DNA of 64,000 nt from Candidatus Woesearchaeota archaeon (GCA_964490795.1 CAZBDY010000001.1:24806-88805); one strand, 5' to 3'; counted from the first letter of the stretch, positions 40,638-50,120 are shown. A program made the numbers and translations. Notes: generated by a model not told the origin, from the letters alone.

Positions 40638-40839
40638 AAACGGCGACCCCAAAACATCTTCTTTTTTCCAAAAAAGAAGCAAAAAAGGACGGCGACCCCT
40701 TTAAGATTTGACTGAAAAGCACTATCGTGCTAAAAACGAAATTGCCCTTAATGTTTTAATAGAAAGCCCTACGGGCTAGAGAGAGAATTCCCTTAAAAGA
40801 TACTCTTGCTACGCAAGAATTGATAGAAAATTAAATTTA
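40638..40839. repeat. right arm of inverted repeat (reverse-complement copy of 32835-32976 with insertions)
   Basis: Reverse complement reads ttaaatttaattttc ... gggaattctctct ... aagggcaatttc ... aaaggggtcgcc ... ggggtcgccgttt; inserted hairpins agccc-tac-gggct and cttgc-tac-gcaag. Confidence 0.7.
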
Positions 40840-41147
40840 ACTTCTCCGGTTTTTTGCTACGCAAAAAATCCTCGACCCCACTGCGTTCTCCTCGCTTTGC
40901 TCGTCGGGGCGTATAACAGCACTTTAAAGAGAAATGCCTCAGCTCGGCATTTCTCCAAATTTTTTCTCAGCTCTGAAAATTTTGCCAGCTCTGTTTCACG
41001 AGGGCAAAATTTTCGAGGAGAAAAAACTTCTTTAAATGCGATGTTCTTAGCAATAAAAATGAAGTTTTTTACCCGCCCAATTTTGAAGAGAACACTATCT
41101 ACTTTAGCATACAAATCTTTTTATATCCCTTCTTCTTTTCTTTCGTC

Positions 41148-41588
41148 ATGGATATTGTCAACCAAGTTGCAGATGAATTAGAGAAAAGAGGACAAGAAAG
41201 AATTTCTGGACATCTTTATGGGCTTCGACATGAACTTATAGGAAAGCCTTGTTTATATTCTTGTGATGGAGATTTAAAACCTGCAATTCCTTATGGTGCT
41301 TATAGATTAGATAAAGATGCAGAAATTCATGTTGCCGAATATAAACAAGGAAAACCACTTTTAGCTATCGCTTATTTTGATTCTCATTCATCTTGCGAAG
41401 GTTCAAATGTTCATGTCAAAGCACTTTCCGCAGTTAGTCCCGATGACTTAATTCCTGTCGACCCGTCTTCAAGAAGAGGACAGGAAATTTCTCATATAAT
41501 TCTTTCTTGGTTGGTTGACAATCGTGATGGAACTTTTAGAGCAGAAGAAAGAAGAAGGAAAAGACTTGAACAAGAAGTAACTGCTTAA
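41148..41588 (+). CDS. hypothetical protein (GC-shifted cassette gene)
   Basis: 146 aa non-repetitive ORF flanked by repeat modules; no recognised motifs. Confidence 0.35.
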   Translation: MDIVNQVADELEKRGQERISGHLYGLRHELIGKPCLYSCDGDLKPAIPYGAYRLDKDAEIHVAEYKQGKPLLAIAYFDSHSSCEGSNVHVKALSAVSPDDLIPVDPSSRRGQEISHIILSWLVDNRDGTFRAEERRRKRLEQEVTA

Positions 41589-41918
41589 TTTTGCGATAGT
41601 GTTCTCTCCTATTTTAATTTTCCCACCCTAAAACTTCATTTTTACTTCTTCGAAAAATCAAAGATTTTTCTCGACCACGTCCTGCGGACTTTCGCACTGC
41701 GGTGCTCAGGGCTAAGAACAGGGCTTAAACAGAAAATCCTTGCAGGATTTTCCCAAATTTTTTCTTTCAGAAAAAACTCTCGAGGTCACTTCGTTCTGCT
41801 CGAGCCCTACGGGTTGTTTAAGCCCGATTCAACGAAATTTTTTGCTCCACAAAAAACTCTGCGCGAGATTAATTTTAGTTATTCTATTCCCCACCCGAAG
41901 GATGTGCCTTAGAAAGAT

Positions 41919-42197
41919 TTACTGAGAATATGCATCAGGGAATGTATTTAATACGCCTAAAGCCCCATAAGTAGGAATTGGGTCAGTAGCTCCAACAAGA
42001 AAACCTCTAACCATTCTATCTACACTTTTTTTATCGTCTGCACTACCGCCAAGTATTTGTACAAGTCCTTCAGACCCGCCACAAGCATTTAACATTCTTC
42101 CTGTTGCACCCGAAATGTCATCAGTCATACCATAGTCTAAGAATCTCTGTCTTAGTCTTTGTAACATTTCATTAAGTACTGCATTTCCATCTACCAT
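41919..42197 (-). CDS. hypothetical small protein
   Basis: 92 aa, Gly-rich; lies between repeat modules. Confidence 0.3.
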   Translation of the reverse strand: MVDGNAVLNEMLQRLRQRFLDYGMTDDISGATGRMLNACGGSEGLVQILGGSADDKKSVDRMVRGFLVGATDPIPTYGALGVLNTFPDAYSQ

Positions 42198-42536
42198 GTT
42201 TTTAAGAATGCAAATGCCCTATATAAATATTTCTATATGTAACTACTATTAAAGGATAAAGGCACATCCTCCCCCACCCTTAAAATTAGTCTAAAATTAA
42301 TCTCGCTTGCCACGCCTTGCAGGCTTTCAGAAAATCAAAGATTTTCTTCAGGTCGCTGAACAGCGATTAAAAAGAAATTTCTTGCAGAAATTTCCCATAT
42401 TTTTGCTACGCAAAAACACTCGAGGTCACTTCGTTCCACTCGAGCCCTTCGGGTTGTTTAATCGCGATGTTAATTGCAATATTACTCGGTGGCAAAACAG
42501 CATAAATTTATTAAAGCCCTCTTATTCTAATACACT

Positions 42537-42809
42537 ATGAGAAAATTAATCGACAAAGCTGCTGAATTTTTGGATGATTTAGCTTGGAAATTATCTCCTC
42601 ATCCAGATTTGCCAATTGGCGAACCAGTTTGTAATGTTTCTGATGAAACTAATGAATGGAATAAGAGGGCTTTGGAACATGCTTGGCGACCAGGAAATGG
42701 TTTAATTCCTTATAGAAGAGAGTTCTCTCAAGAAGAAATGCAAAAAATGCAAGAGAGAACTTATGAAATGAATCGCCAAGCACTAGACTATGCTAATAGC
42801 CAAAGATAG
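42537..42809 (+). CDS. hypothetical small protein
   Basis: 90 aa ORF downstream of a repeat module. Confidence 0.3.
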   Translation: MRKLIDKAAEFLDDLAWKLSPHPDLPIGEPVCNVSDETNEWNKRALEHAWRPGNGLIPYRREFSQEEMQKMQERTYEMNRQALDYANSQR

Positions 42810-42842
42810 TTTTTTGCCCCTGCGTCATACTGTGCCTACGCT

Positions 42843-43832
42843 TTGCTTCGGCATTTTTTCTTGCAGAAAAAACAATTAACAGCGCAGCCAAATCCTGAAT
42901 TTATGAGAGATATGATACCCCATATGTTAGATCATTCTGAAGAATCCATAAAAAAAGTTACTTTTAAAGAAAGAGATCTAAGAGCGGTAATAGGTTTATC
43001 TGGAGGGCTAGATTCTTGTATCTCTGCTTGGTTAGTTTCTAATGCAATATCAAGGGGAATAAAAAGAAAAAGCTCGGATAATGGCAGATTAGTTTTAATG
43101 ACTTTTAATGGGATGAGCCAAGAAGATTTGGAATACGGCGGGAGATTTGCAGAAGATTTGGAAAGAGATTTTGGAGATATTGATATAAAATATGTAGAAA
43201 AAGATATAAGGCCCTTAATGCGTTCTGTTCATGATTTTACTGATGATATGGTTCATACTACTAGAGGAACTAAAATTTATCCTGGAGAGTTAGCTACTAG
43301 ATTAATAGACTTAGTAACCTTGGAATATGCTGATAAAACAGGCCATTGTGGAGTAGACTCTACAAACGGGAGTGAGATAATTTTGGGAGAGATTGTACTC
43401 GGTGCAGGGTTAGAATATTCTCCTATAAGCGATTTGTACAAAAGCCAAGTCTTTGATTTAGGAGAATTATTAGATGTTCCCCAGTATGTTTTAGACAGAA
43501 ATCCTATAAACTCCACTTTTGGAACAGATAAAATTAGAAGTTATTTTGGAGAAATTCCAGAGGGATTCAGTGCAAGAGAGGTTTATGCAGTTTTAGATCC
43601 AGTTTTATTCCATATATTTGACAAAAATATGAAACCTCGAAGTATAGCTCGTAAATTAGGCCATTCTCAAGATTTTGTTGATAGAGTTTACCAAAGAGTT
43701 AGAAATCAAGATCATAGAAGAAAACACCCTTATTTTGCTTTAAACGATAGAAGAATAAATTTACCAAGAACCGTCAAAGGTAAACCAAATCAAGAGTTTA
43801 AAGAATATTTGGACGGTTGCTTTTTAAGATGA
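42843..43832 (+). CDS. PP-loop ATP pyrophosphatase, NAD+ synthetase (NadE)-like
   Basis: SGGxDS PP-loop in RAVIGLSGGLDSCISAWL; NadE-like C-terminal block YSPISDLYKSQVFDLGELLDVP...NPINSTFG. The N-terminus may be shorter than the track start. Confidence 0.55.
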   Translation: MLRHFFLQKKQLTAQPNPEFMRDMIPHMLDHSEESIKKVTFKERDLRAVIGLSGGLDSCISAWLVSNAISRGIKRKSSDNGRLVLMTFNGMSQEDLEYGGRFAEDLERDFGDIDIKYVEKDIRPLMRSVHDFTDDMVHTTRGTKIYPGELATRLIDLVTLEYADKTGHCGVDSTNGSEIILGEIVLGAGLEYSPISDLYKSQVFDLGELLDVPQYVLDRNPINSTFGTDKIRSYFGEIPEGFSAREVYAVLDPVLFHIFDKNMKPRSIARKLGHSQDFVDRVYQRVRNQDHRRKHPYFALNDRRINLPRTVKGKPNQEFKEYLDGCFLR

Positions 43833-44308
43833 ACATTATAATTTCTTCAGGATACGGAAATGGAAAAACAGAAATTGCTGCATTTGATGAAGCTCTTAAT
43901 AATGCAGGTCTCTCTAATCTTAACTTAATTTATCTTTCTTCAGTTATACCTCAAAAAGCTCATATAAATCTTAAAAAAAAGAGTCCAAAGTATAAACATG
44001 GAGATAAAGCTTATGTAGTCTTGGCAAAGAATATCTCTAAAAATAATAAGAAAATAAGTGCAGGATTGGGTTGGGTCCAAGAAAAGAAATCTGGAGAAGG
44101 ATTATTTGTTGAAATTATTGGAGAAAATAAAGCGAAAGTGATCAAAGATATTAAAGAAACTTTAAAACATATGAAGAAGCTGAGAAAAAAAGATTTTGGA
44201 CCAATTAATTATGAGATTAAAGAAGCAAATTGCAAACAAGGATATAATTGTGTTATAGTAATAGCTTTATATCAAATAGAATCTTGGGATTTAAGTAAAA
44301 ACAGATAG
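43829..44308 (+). CDS. pdaD: pyruvoyl-dependent arginine decarboxylase
   Basis: KTEIAAFDEALNNAGLSNLNLIYLSSVIP matches the M. jannaschii PdaD region [29 protein letters not shown], including the Ser-Ser self-cleavage site. Confidence 0.7.
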   Translation: MNIIISSGYGNGKTEIAAFDEALNNAGLSNLNLIYLSSVIPQKAHINLKKKSPKYKHGDKAYVVLAKNISKNNKKISAGLGWVQEKKSGEGLFVEIIGENKAKVIKDIKETLKHMKKLRKKDFGPINYEIKEANCKQGYNCVIVIALYQIESWDLSKNR

Positions 44309-44338
44309 ACTTTTAAAAGATCTAAACTTATTTAGGTT

Positions 44339-44878
44339 ATGGATATAAAAATTTGGAAACAAAGGAGTTGTGAGAGTTGTTTATCTGTTTCTTTGATGAG
44401 TCTTTTAGAATCACAAAAGGGAATAAAATTAGAAGATGAAGAAGAGTTCAATATTCTTCTTGAAGGATTAAAATTTACTAGGATAGATTTTTCAACAGGA
44501 CACTTAGCGTATCTCGCTAAAAAGCTCCCCAAATTAACATTTGAACAATATATAGATTTTGATATTTTTTACAAGATACTTTCAAAGTTAGAGATTCCAG
44601 AAAATCTTAAAATGTATTCTAAGAAGATTAATTTAAAATTTTTAAAAGAAATGACAAAAGAAAGCCCAGTAATAATCTATGTGGATATGTTTACCTTGGA
44701 AGGAGTTTACCATTATTCTCATTTTGTAGTTTTAACTGAAATTAACGATGAAAAAGCCATAATTTTTGATCCATGGTCTGGAGAACAAATAGAGATAAAG
44801 ACTAAAATTTTAATGAGATCAATCAGTTATGTCCGGAATAGATTAAAAATTGCCCCTAAATTAATTAGAATAAAGTAA
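44339..44878 (+). CDS. papain-like (C39-like) cysteine peptidase domain protein
   Basis: Q..C...H...D order (QRSCESCLSVSLMSLLE ... HYSHFVVL ... DPW) over 179 aa. Confidence 0.35.
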   Translation: MDIKIWKQRSCESCLSVSLMSLLESQKGIKLEDEEEFNILLEGLKFTRIDFSTGHLAYLAKKLPKLTFEQYIDFDIFYKILSKLEIPENLKMYSKKINLKFLKEMTKESPVIIYVDMFTLEGVYHYSHFVVLTEINDEKAIIFDPWSGEQIEIKTKILMRSISYVRNRLKIAPKLIRIK

Positions 44879-45511
44879 TTTCGTGTAGCGTCTTCTTTTT
44901 AGAAAAAAGAAGCAAAAAGATGGAAATCCCCATTTTCTTTTTTTAAGAAAAAAAGAAACAAAAAAAGCACGCGTCTCTCTAATACATAGCCCACCCAAAA
45001 AATATTATTTCAAAATTTTATAAAACGGCATTCTCAAAAACTTTGATTCGCTAAAAAACTTTCAGTTTTTGGCGCCCCAAAAATCTACGATTTTTTAGGG
45101 TTTTGCCTTCGGCATCGTTGCACTAAAAATCAATCCTAACGGAGAGTTTAACAAATTTAGAGATTCCAGAAACTTGCAGTTTCTTCCATCCAAATTTTTG
45201 CTTCGCAAAAACTTCTCTAAATCCTGATGTTATGTCTAATTGTTCGAAGGCACTAAACTTTGAAAATTAAAGATAGTTAAAGATGGCACTTCAATACCCC
45301 CCGACCACCCGCCCCAATTAGGAGATGTGTGCTTTCGTGCTACGCACATTTAGTCAAAATCAAAGATTTTGAAATTTATAATTAAATTTTTTTCCACTCT
45401 AGAGAGACTCGCGGTTTTCCTGAAGGAAAACAGATAGTCGGCTTACGCCGATTAATTAGTTGTAACTATAAAGTAAGAAAGATTTAAATAATCTTTTTAG
45501 TATTTTAGAAT

Positions 45512-46837
45512 ATGGTAACTATAGAGCAAGAAAACCAAGGGCTAAGGTTAGATATCCAAAATTACGATGGATCTAATGGAGAAAGTATATCTGTTGGAAA
45601 TTCCTCACAAAGAGATCCTAGAAACTATTTATTTAATTTTCAAAGAAAGCAGAGTAATCACGGATATACTTCTGGAGAAACTCTCTTTTTTAATGGAGAT
45701 TGTGGTAATAATTTAATCATTTCTACTTATGAATCAAACCTTTTTAAAAATGTAAGGAATGCTTTTGTTTTAGCAAATGAAGACAGAGTTGAAATAAGTC
45801 CAATTGCTAATATTTGGGATGCAATATCTAGGGGAAACAGAATCTTGTCTGGAAAGATTAATTATTTTATTCCTCAGAGAGTTTTATCTAGAGAAAATTT
45901 ACCTTCCGTAGATATTGAACAATTAAAGGAAGAACTAAAAATTAAATATGGGTTTGTTACAATGAATATAAATCCTTTATTAGAAGGAAGATCAAAAAAT
46001 GGAACCTATATTTTGACTCAGGGAAAATCTAAATTTGTTTTAAAATACAGGGGAAATAATGAAGAAAGGGCAGAATCAATTTCTCAAGTATTAGGATCTA
46101 TTGAAGATTACTTTCCAAGAGTCTTCCCAAGAATAGATAAAACCAAGAGTTATACTATTAAAATTGGAGAAAATTATTTTGGATTAGAAGAATTTATTGA
46201 AGCAAAAGAAAAGCCAGATTTAAATGTAGATTATTTTTCTCTATTAGGAGATCACACAGGAAGGCTACACAATTCTTTTTCTTTTTTTCTATCAGAGAAT
46301 CCAAGTTTGACGGAAAGATTACAACGAAGAGATTCTTTTAATGAAGCAAGTATAATCTCAGTATATCTGGATTTAATGAACAATAATCCAAATAAAAATA
46401 GGTTTTTGGTTGATTTTTTAGACGAAATTTTAAGGAAAGGTTTCGTTGAGTTTTTACCAAAATTACCTAAGGCACTTATTCATAGAGATTTGAACTGGTC
46501 AAATATTTTTTGGGATACAAATAAGCCAAAAATAGTTGATTCAGAATCTATTGGAATTTATAGGAGATTAGAGGAACTTATCGCCCCATTACTTTTAGGA
46601 GAAAATATGGCAAGACCTAATTATGCTAAAGGTTCTCTTGAGAGAATGATGGAAAATTATAATGATTCAATAAGTGAACCCCTTATTCAGGAAGAAGAAA
46701 ATATCCTTAGACCATTATTAAAATATTCTTTATTGAAATATTATGTTGTCCGTTCTATTAGGAGAAAAATTGAGGACTCAGACTATTTGGAGATTTTACA
46801 TAAGAATCTAAACGAAATAGGGGGAAGAGATGATTAA
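45512..46837 (+). CDS. APH/choline-kinase-like phosphotransferase with ~150 aa N-terminal extension
   Basis: Catalytic loop LIHRDLNWSNIFWD (HxDLxxxN), metal site IVDSESIG (IDxE-like), N-lobe Lys in FVLKYRGN. Confidence 0.55.
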   Translation: MVTIEQENQGLRLDIQNYDGSNGESISVGNSSQRDPRNYLFNFQRKQSNHGYTSGETLFFNGDCGNNLIISTYESNLFKNVRNAFVLANEDRVEISPIANIWDAISRGNRILSGKINYFIPQRVLSRENLPSVDIEQLKEELKIKYGFVTMNINPLLEGRSKNGTYILTQGKSKFVLKYRGNNEERAESISQVLGSIEDYFPRVFPRIDKTKSYTIKIGENYFGLEEFIEAKEKPDLNVDYFSLLGDHTGRLHNSFSFFLSENPSLTERLQRRDSFNEASIISVYLDLMNNNPNKNRFLVDFLDEILRKGFVEFLPKLPKALIHRDLNWSNIFWDTNKPKIVDSESIGIYRRLEELIAPLLLGENMARPNYAKGSLERMMENYNDSISEPLIQEEENILRPLLKYSLLKYYVVRSIRRKIEDSDYLEILHKNLNEIGGRDD

Positions 46838-47693
46838 CAGAATTCCTTTTGAGATAGACTTCCCTTTTGAAATTTTTGATGATTCCAAAAAGATTGATTT
46901 TAGTAATCCTGATGAGAGAAAAAAGCTTTTTGATAGAAATATTTATCGTTTTTTATATTCTGGAAATAAAAATCCCTTATTAGAAAAAAGAAATAGGATA
47001 TATCAAGGGTTATCTCAAAAAGTCGTAAATTCAATAAATAGAGATTCTCCTTCCCTAGAGGTTTTAAGTTGTTCCATTTTTGGTTCTTCTCTTTTTTCAG
47101 AAAAACCAGGAGATTTTGATTTTTTAGTAATTACAAAAGGAAATGAATTCTCTTTGGAAGAAACAACAATGAATTTAGAGGAAATTTCTTCAGAAGGATT
47201 TAAGAAAAATGAAGAATATAATGTTGGAATCTCTGTTAAAGGAGTAGATAATTTTAAGAAAGGAATTTGCAGTCCTTTATCGAGTGTTCCAGAAGAGTAT
47301 CAAAAACAAATAATCTATCGTACATCAAGTGCATTATTCAGAAGACACATACCTCTTTTAGGATATGATTTTTTAAAAAATAGAGAATTATTCCAAAGAA
47401 ATTTATATGCTCAAGCATCTGATTTGCTTATTAATACCTTTGATTTATATTATAATGATAATGAAAGGATAAAATTATGCCCTGATAAAAGAGCAAATAA
47501 AATTTTGTCTCGTATCTATGAAGCAGTCACTTATTTGAGTTTTGCAGAAGATAAGCCAGAAATAGGGCAATTAAGAAAACAAATTTCCAATTCTATTGGT
47601 TTTGGACTACCTCTTAGAGAAACGAAAAGGCTTTTTAATAGGGTAGTCTCTATTTATAATAATAAAACAGACAAAAAACCTAAAAATGAATAA
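46830..47693 (+). CDS. pol-beta-superfamily nucleotidyltransferase with helical C-terminal domain
   Basis: hG[GS]x9-13DhDh motif in LSCSIFGSSLFSEKPGDFDFLVIT; 287 aa; start overlaps the upstream stop by 8 nt. Confidence 0.5.
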   Translation: MINRIPFEIDFPFEIFDDSKKIDFSNPDERKKLFDRNIYRFLYSGNKNPLLEKRNRIYQGLSQKVVNSINRDSPSLEVLSCSIFGSSLFSEKPGDFDFLVITKGNEFSLEETTMNLEEISSEGFKKNEEYNVGISVKGVDNFKKGICSPLSSVPEEYQKQIIYRTSSALFRRHIPLLGYDFLKNRELFQRNLYAQASDLLINTFDLYYNDNERIKLCPDKRANKILSRIYEAVTYLSFAEDKPEIGQLRKQISNSIGFGLPLRETKRLFNRVVSIYNNKTDKKPKNE

Positions 47694-49386
47694 AATATTT
47701 GCTTTTGATTATGATGACACCCTTGCTGAACATGGCGGAAAAATAGATAGAGAAATGTCTGGAATTTTATCAAAAATGATCTTAGGGGGACATAAAATCT
47801 CTATAATTACTTCTAGAACTATGTATTGGTTAGAAAAGAATAATATAAATATTTTAGAAATGATTTTTCCAGATTTTTCCAGTTTATCTAATCTAGACAT
47901 TAAGAGAATAAAAGAAAATTTCATCCTTTATACTGGAAGAGGTAACGAAAAATTTTCCCCTGAAATTTCTAATGATAAATTTAATTTTTATGAAAAAGTA
48001 TCTTATAGAAAATCTCTCACATTAGAACAAGTCTTTAAAATTCAAGAGATCATTAAACAAGAATTGCCTAAAAAAATATTTTCTGGAAAAAATTATACTA
48101 AACAATTTTCTTCTAGAGATCTTCAGAGCATATTGAGAGTAATTATGCGAATTGAGAAAATTCAGAATTCGTCAAAGAATAAGATATTATCAAATATTAA
48201 ATATAAATTAAACAAAATAGGTAATTTATCCAAAATTCTTTTAGAGATTAACGGGAATTATATTAGTTTTAGTTTTAAGAATAAATCTTTTGCAATTAAA
48301 GATTTATTAAAAAATAATCCTTCATACCATCTAGATTATTATGGAGATTCTCCATTAGAAAACGATAAACCCATCTTTGATTTAGCAAAAGGTAAAATGA
48401 AAAATAAATTAAGTTTTATTTGCGTAGAAAACCCCGTCCATACTTTAAGTTTAGTTAAGGTTCATTGTGGAGCACCCCAAAATGAATCTGGCAATATTTT
48501 GGATGTTTTGTCTATTAAAGGAGCAAGAGAAAATATAAAAGAAAGAATAAAAGATTATTGGAAATCAATAGGCTTACAGATATCTTGGATCTCTCCCATG
48601 TTGTCTATTCTAGAAAATAATCAAGATAATGAAAATTTAGCCGTTTTTAAAATTAGAAATAAATTTCCTTCTTTGGGAAATAAAAAGAGCTTAGATTATT
48701 CTAGAAAATTAATCCAATTTAGGAAGAAGAAGATAAAAAATTTAGCTAAGAGAATAAATGGTTTTTTAATCAAGGGTTCTGTAGCAGATATTGGGGGCAG
48801 GGCAGATGATTTCATGGAAGAGATATTAAAAATAAATAATTCCGTAAAAAAAGCTTATGTTACAGACATTGGGGCGTTTTCAGAAAGATCTAAGAATCCA
48901 AAAATAGATTTTATTGTTCAACCTTCTTTAGTCAAAACTCCTTTCTTAGAAAATCAATTAAACAATCTTGTTCTTTCTTTAATTCTGCATCATATGGATA
49001 ATTTAGATCAAGAAATATTTATTAAACATCTTGTAAGTATTTTGAGGGCTAAAGGAAGATTAATTCTTATTGAAGAGGGTTATCCTGAAAGTTGTCTTAA
49101 TGAAAATTTATCTCAGAATATTAAACAATTTTTATCTTTTGAAAAGAACATAAAAATGAAAATAATTTCTTTTTATGATTGGTTTGGGAACAAAATAATG
49201 AGAAATAGAGATAATACCGCATTAACTTTTAATTATAAAACAATTGAAGAGTGGGAAGAAATATTTAGTAAAGCTGGATTGACATTGATTCATTCTGAAT
49301 TTATTGGGAAAAAGCCTAAACATTTAGATTTATATCCTCCAAAAATAATCATGGTCTTTGAAAAAATGGAGAAAGATAAAAAATGA
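47686..49386 (+). CDS. fusion protein: N-terminal HAD-IIB (Cof-like) phosphatase plus C-terminal class I SAM-methyltransferase-like domain
   Basis: HAD motif I FAFDYDDTL (DxDxT), motif II ISIITSRT, motif IV YYGDSPLEND. The C-terminal half has ADIGGRADDF (degenerate GxGxG) and LILHHM...GRLILIE, typical of a Rossmann MTase. Confidence 0.5.
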   Translation: MNKIFAFDYDDTLAEHGGKIDREMSGILSKMILGGHKISIITSRTMYWLEKNNINILEMIFPDFSSLSNLDIKRIKENFILYTGRGNEKFSPEISNDKFNFYEKVSYRKSLTLEQVFKIQEIIKQELPKKIFSGKNYTKQFSSRDLQSILRVIMRIEKIQNSSKNKILSNIKYKLNKIGNLSKILLEINGNYISFSFKNKSFAIKDLLKNNPSYHLDYYGDSPLENDKPIFDLAKGKMKNKLSFICVENPVHTLSLVKVHCGAPQNESGNILDVLSIKGARENIKERIKDYWKSIGLQISWISPMLSILENNQDNENLAVFKIRNKFPSLGNKKSLDYSRKLIQFRKKKIKNLAKRINGFLIKGSVADIGGRADDFMEEILKINNSVKKAYVTDIGAFSERSKNPKIDFIVQPSLVKTPFLENQLNNLVLSLILHHMDNLDQEIFIKHLVSILRAKGRLILIEEGYPESCLNENLSQNIKQFLSFEKNIKMKIISFYDWFGNKIMRNRDNTALTFNYKTIEEWEEIFSKAGLTLIHSEFIGKKPKHLDLYPPKIIMVFEKMEKDKK

Positions 49387-50120
49387 GACCTCTGATATGT
49401 TGCAGTGTTGAAAATTTAAAGGAATTTTCTTTTGAAGATTATCCATTTGAGGGGTATGAATTTAAGACTTTTGGAAGAGGATTTAGTCCAAACATAATCT
49501 TATTAATAAAATTAAAAGAAATGTTTAAAGGAAAAGAATTATCTTTGCATAGCCAATTAAGTAGAATTTTTAGTTCTAGAGAAAAGGGTTTTCCAGAATT
49601 TTCTGAAGCAGAAATGAATATCTTAAAATCTGAGATAATTATTTCAAAAATTATAGGAATTAAGCAGATAAATTTTCATATGAAAGAAACAGAATTTACT
49701 GAAGATGAAACCAAAAAATTCAATGAAATTATAAATTTTGCTAATAAAAATGGAATAGAGATGATTTATGAAAACCATGTTTGTTCAGAGGAAGTGATCT
49801 TTAGAGTTCTAAAAAATTTCCCGAGGATTCAATTTTGTTTAGATATAGGTCATTTAAATGTAGCAGTCCACATGGGTAAATTTAAAATGAATCTGGATGA
49901 ATTTCTGGAAAAGGTAAAATCGAGATTAGTTCATATTCATGCACATAACAATTACGGAGAAAAAGATGAACATAATTCTTTAGACGAAGGAAATTTTAAT
50001 TGGAGAAATGTTTTAGATTACTTAGGTAAGGATCATTTAAAAAAAGTAATTATTGAATCCAAGAAAAAAGAAGATATATTAAAATCAAAAAAATTATTAT
50101 TAAACTACTTTAAAGAATAA
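49383..50120 (+). CDS. xylose-isomerase-like TIM-barrel enzyme (sugar-phosphate isomerase/epimerase; AP-endonuclease-2 fold)
   Basis: Metal-binding pattern CLDIGHLN ... HIHAHNN ... DEHNSLDEG; start overlaps the upstream stop by 4 nt. Confidence 0.5.
   Translation: MRPLICCSVENLKEFSFEDYPFEGYEFKTFGRGFSPNIILLIKLKEMFKGKELSLHSQLSRIFSSREKGFPEFSEAEMNILKSEIIISKIIGIKQINFHMKETEFTEDETKKFNEIINFANKNGIEMIYENHVCSEEVIFRVLKNFPRIQFCLDIGHLNVAVHMGKFKMNLDEFLEKVKSRLVHIHAHNNYGEKDEHNSLDEGNFNWRNVLDYLGKDHLKKVIIESKKKEDILKSKKLLLNYFKE

Noticed and set aside
40857-41181. ORFs 40857..41114 (-) and 40897..41181 (+)
   Set aside because: They overlap each other and run through the hairpin repeat modules (aatgcc-tcagctc-ggcatt, ttttgc-tac-gcaaaa). 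The same DNA recurs as non-coding repeat elsewhere.
41740-42540. ORFs 41740..41925 and 42307..42540
   Set aside because: Each is essentially the translation of one repeat-unit copy (ctcgag...gagccctacgggttgtttaa). The conservation is at nucleotide and hairpin level, not codon level.
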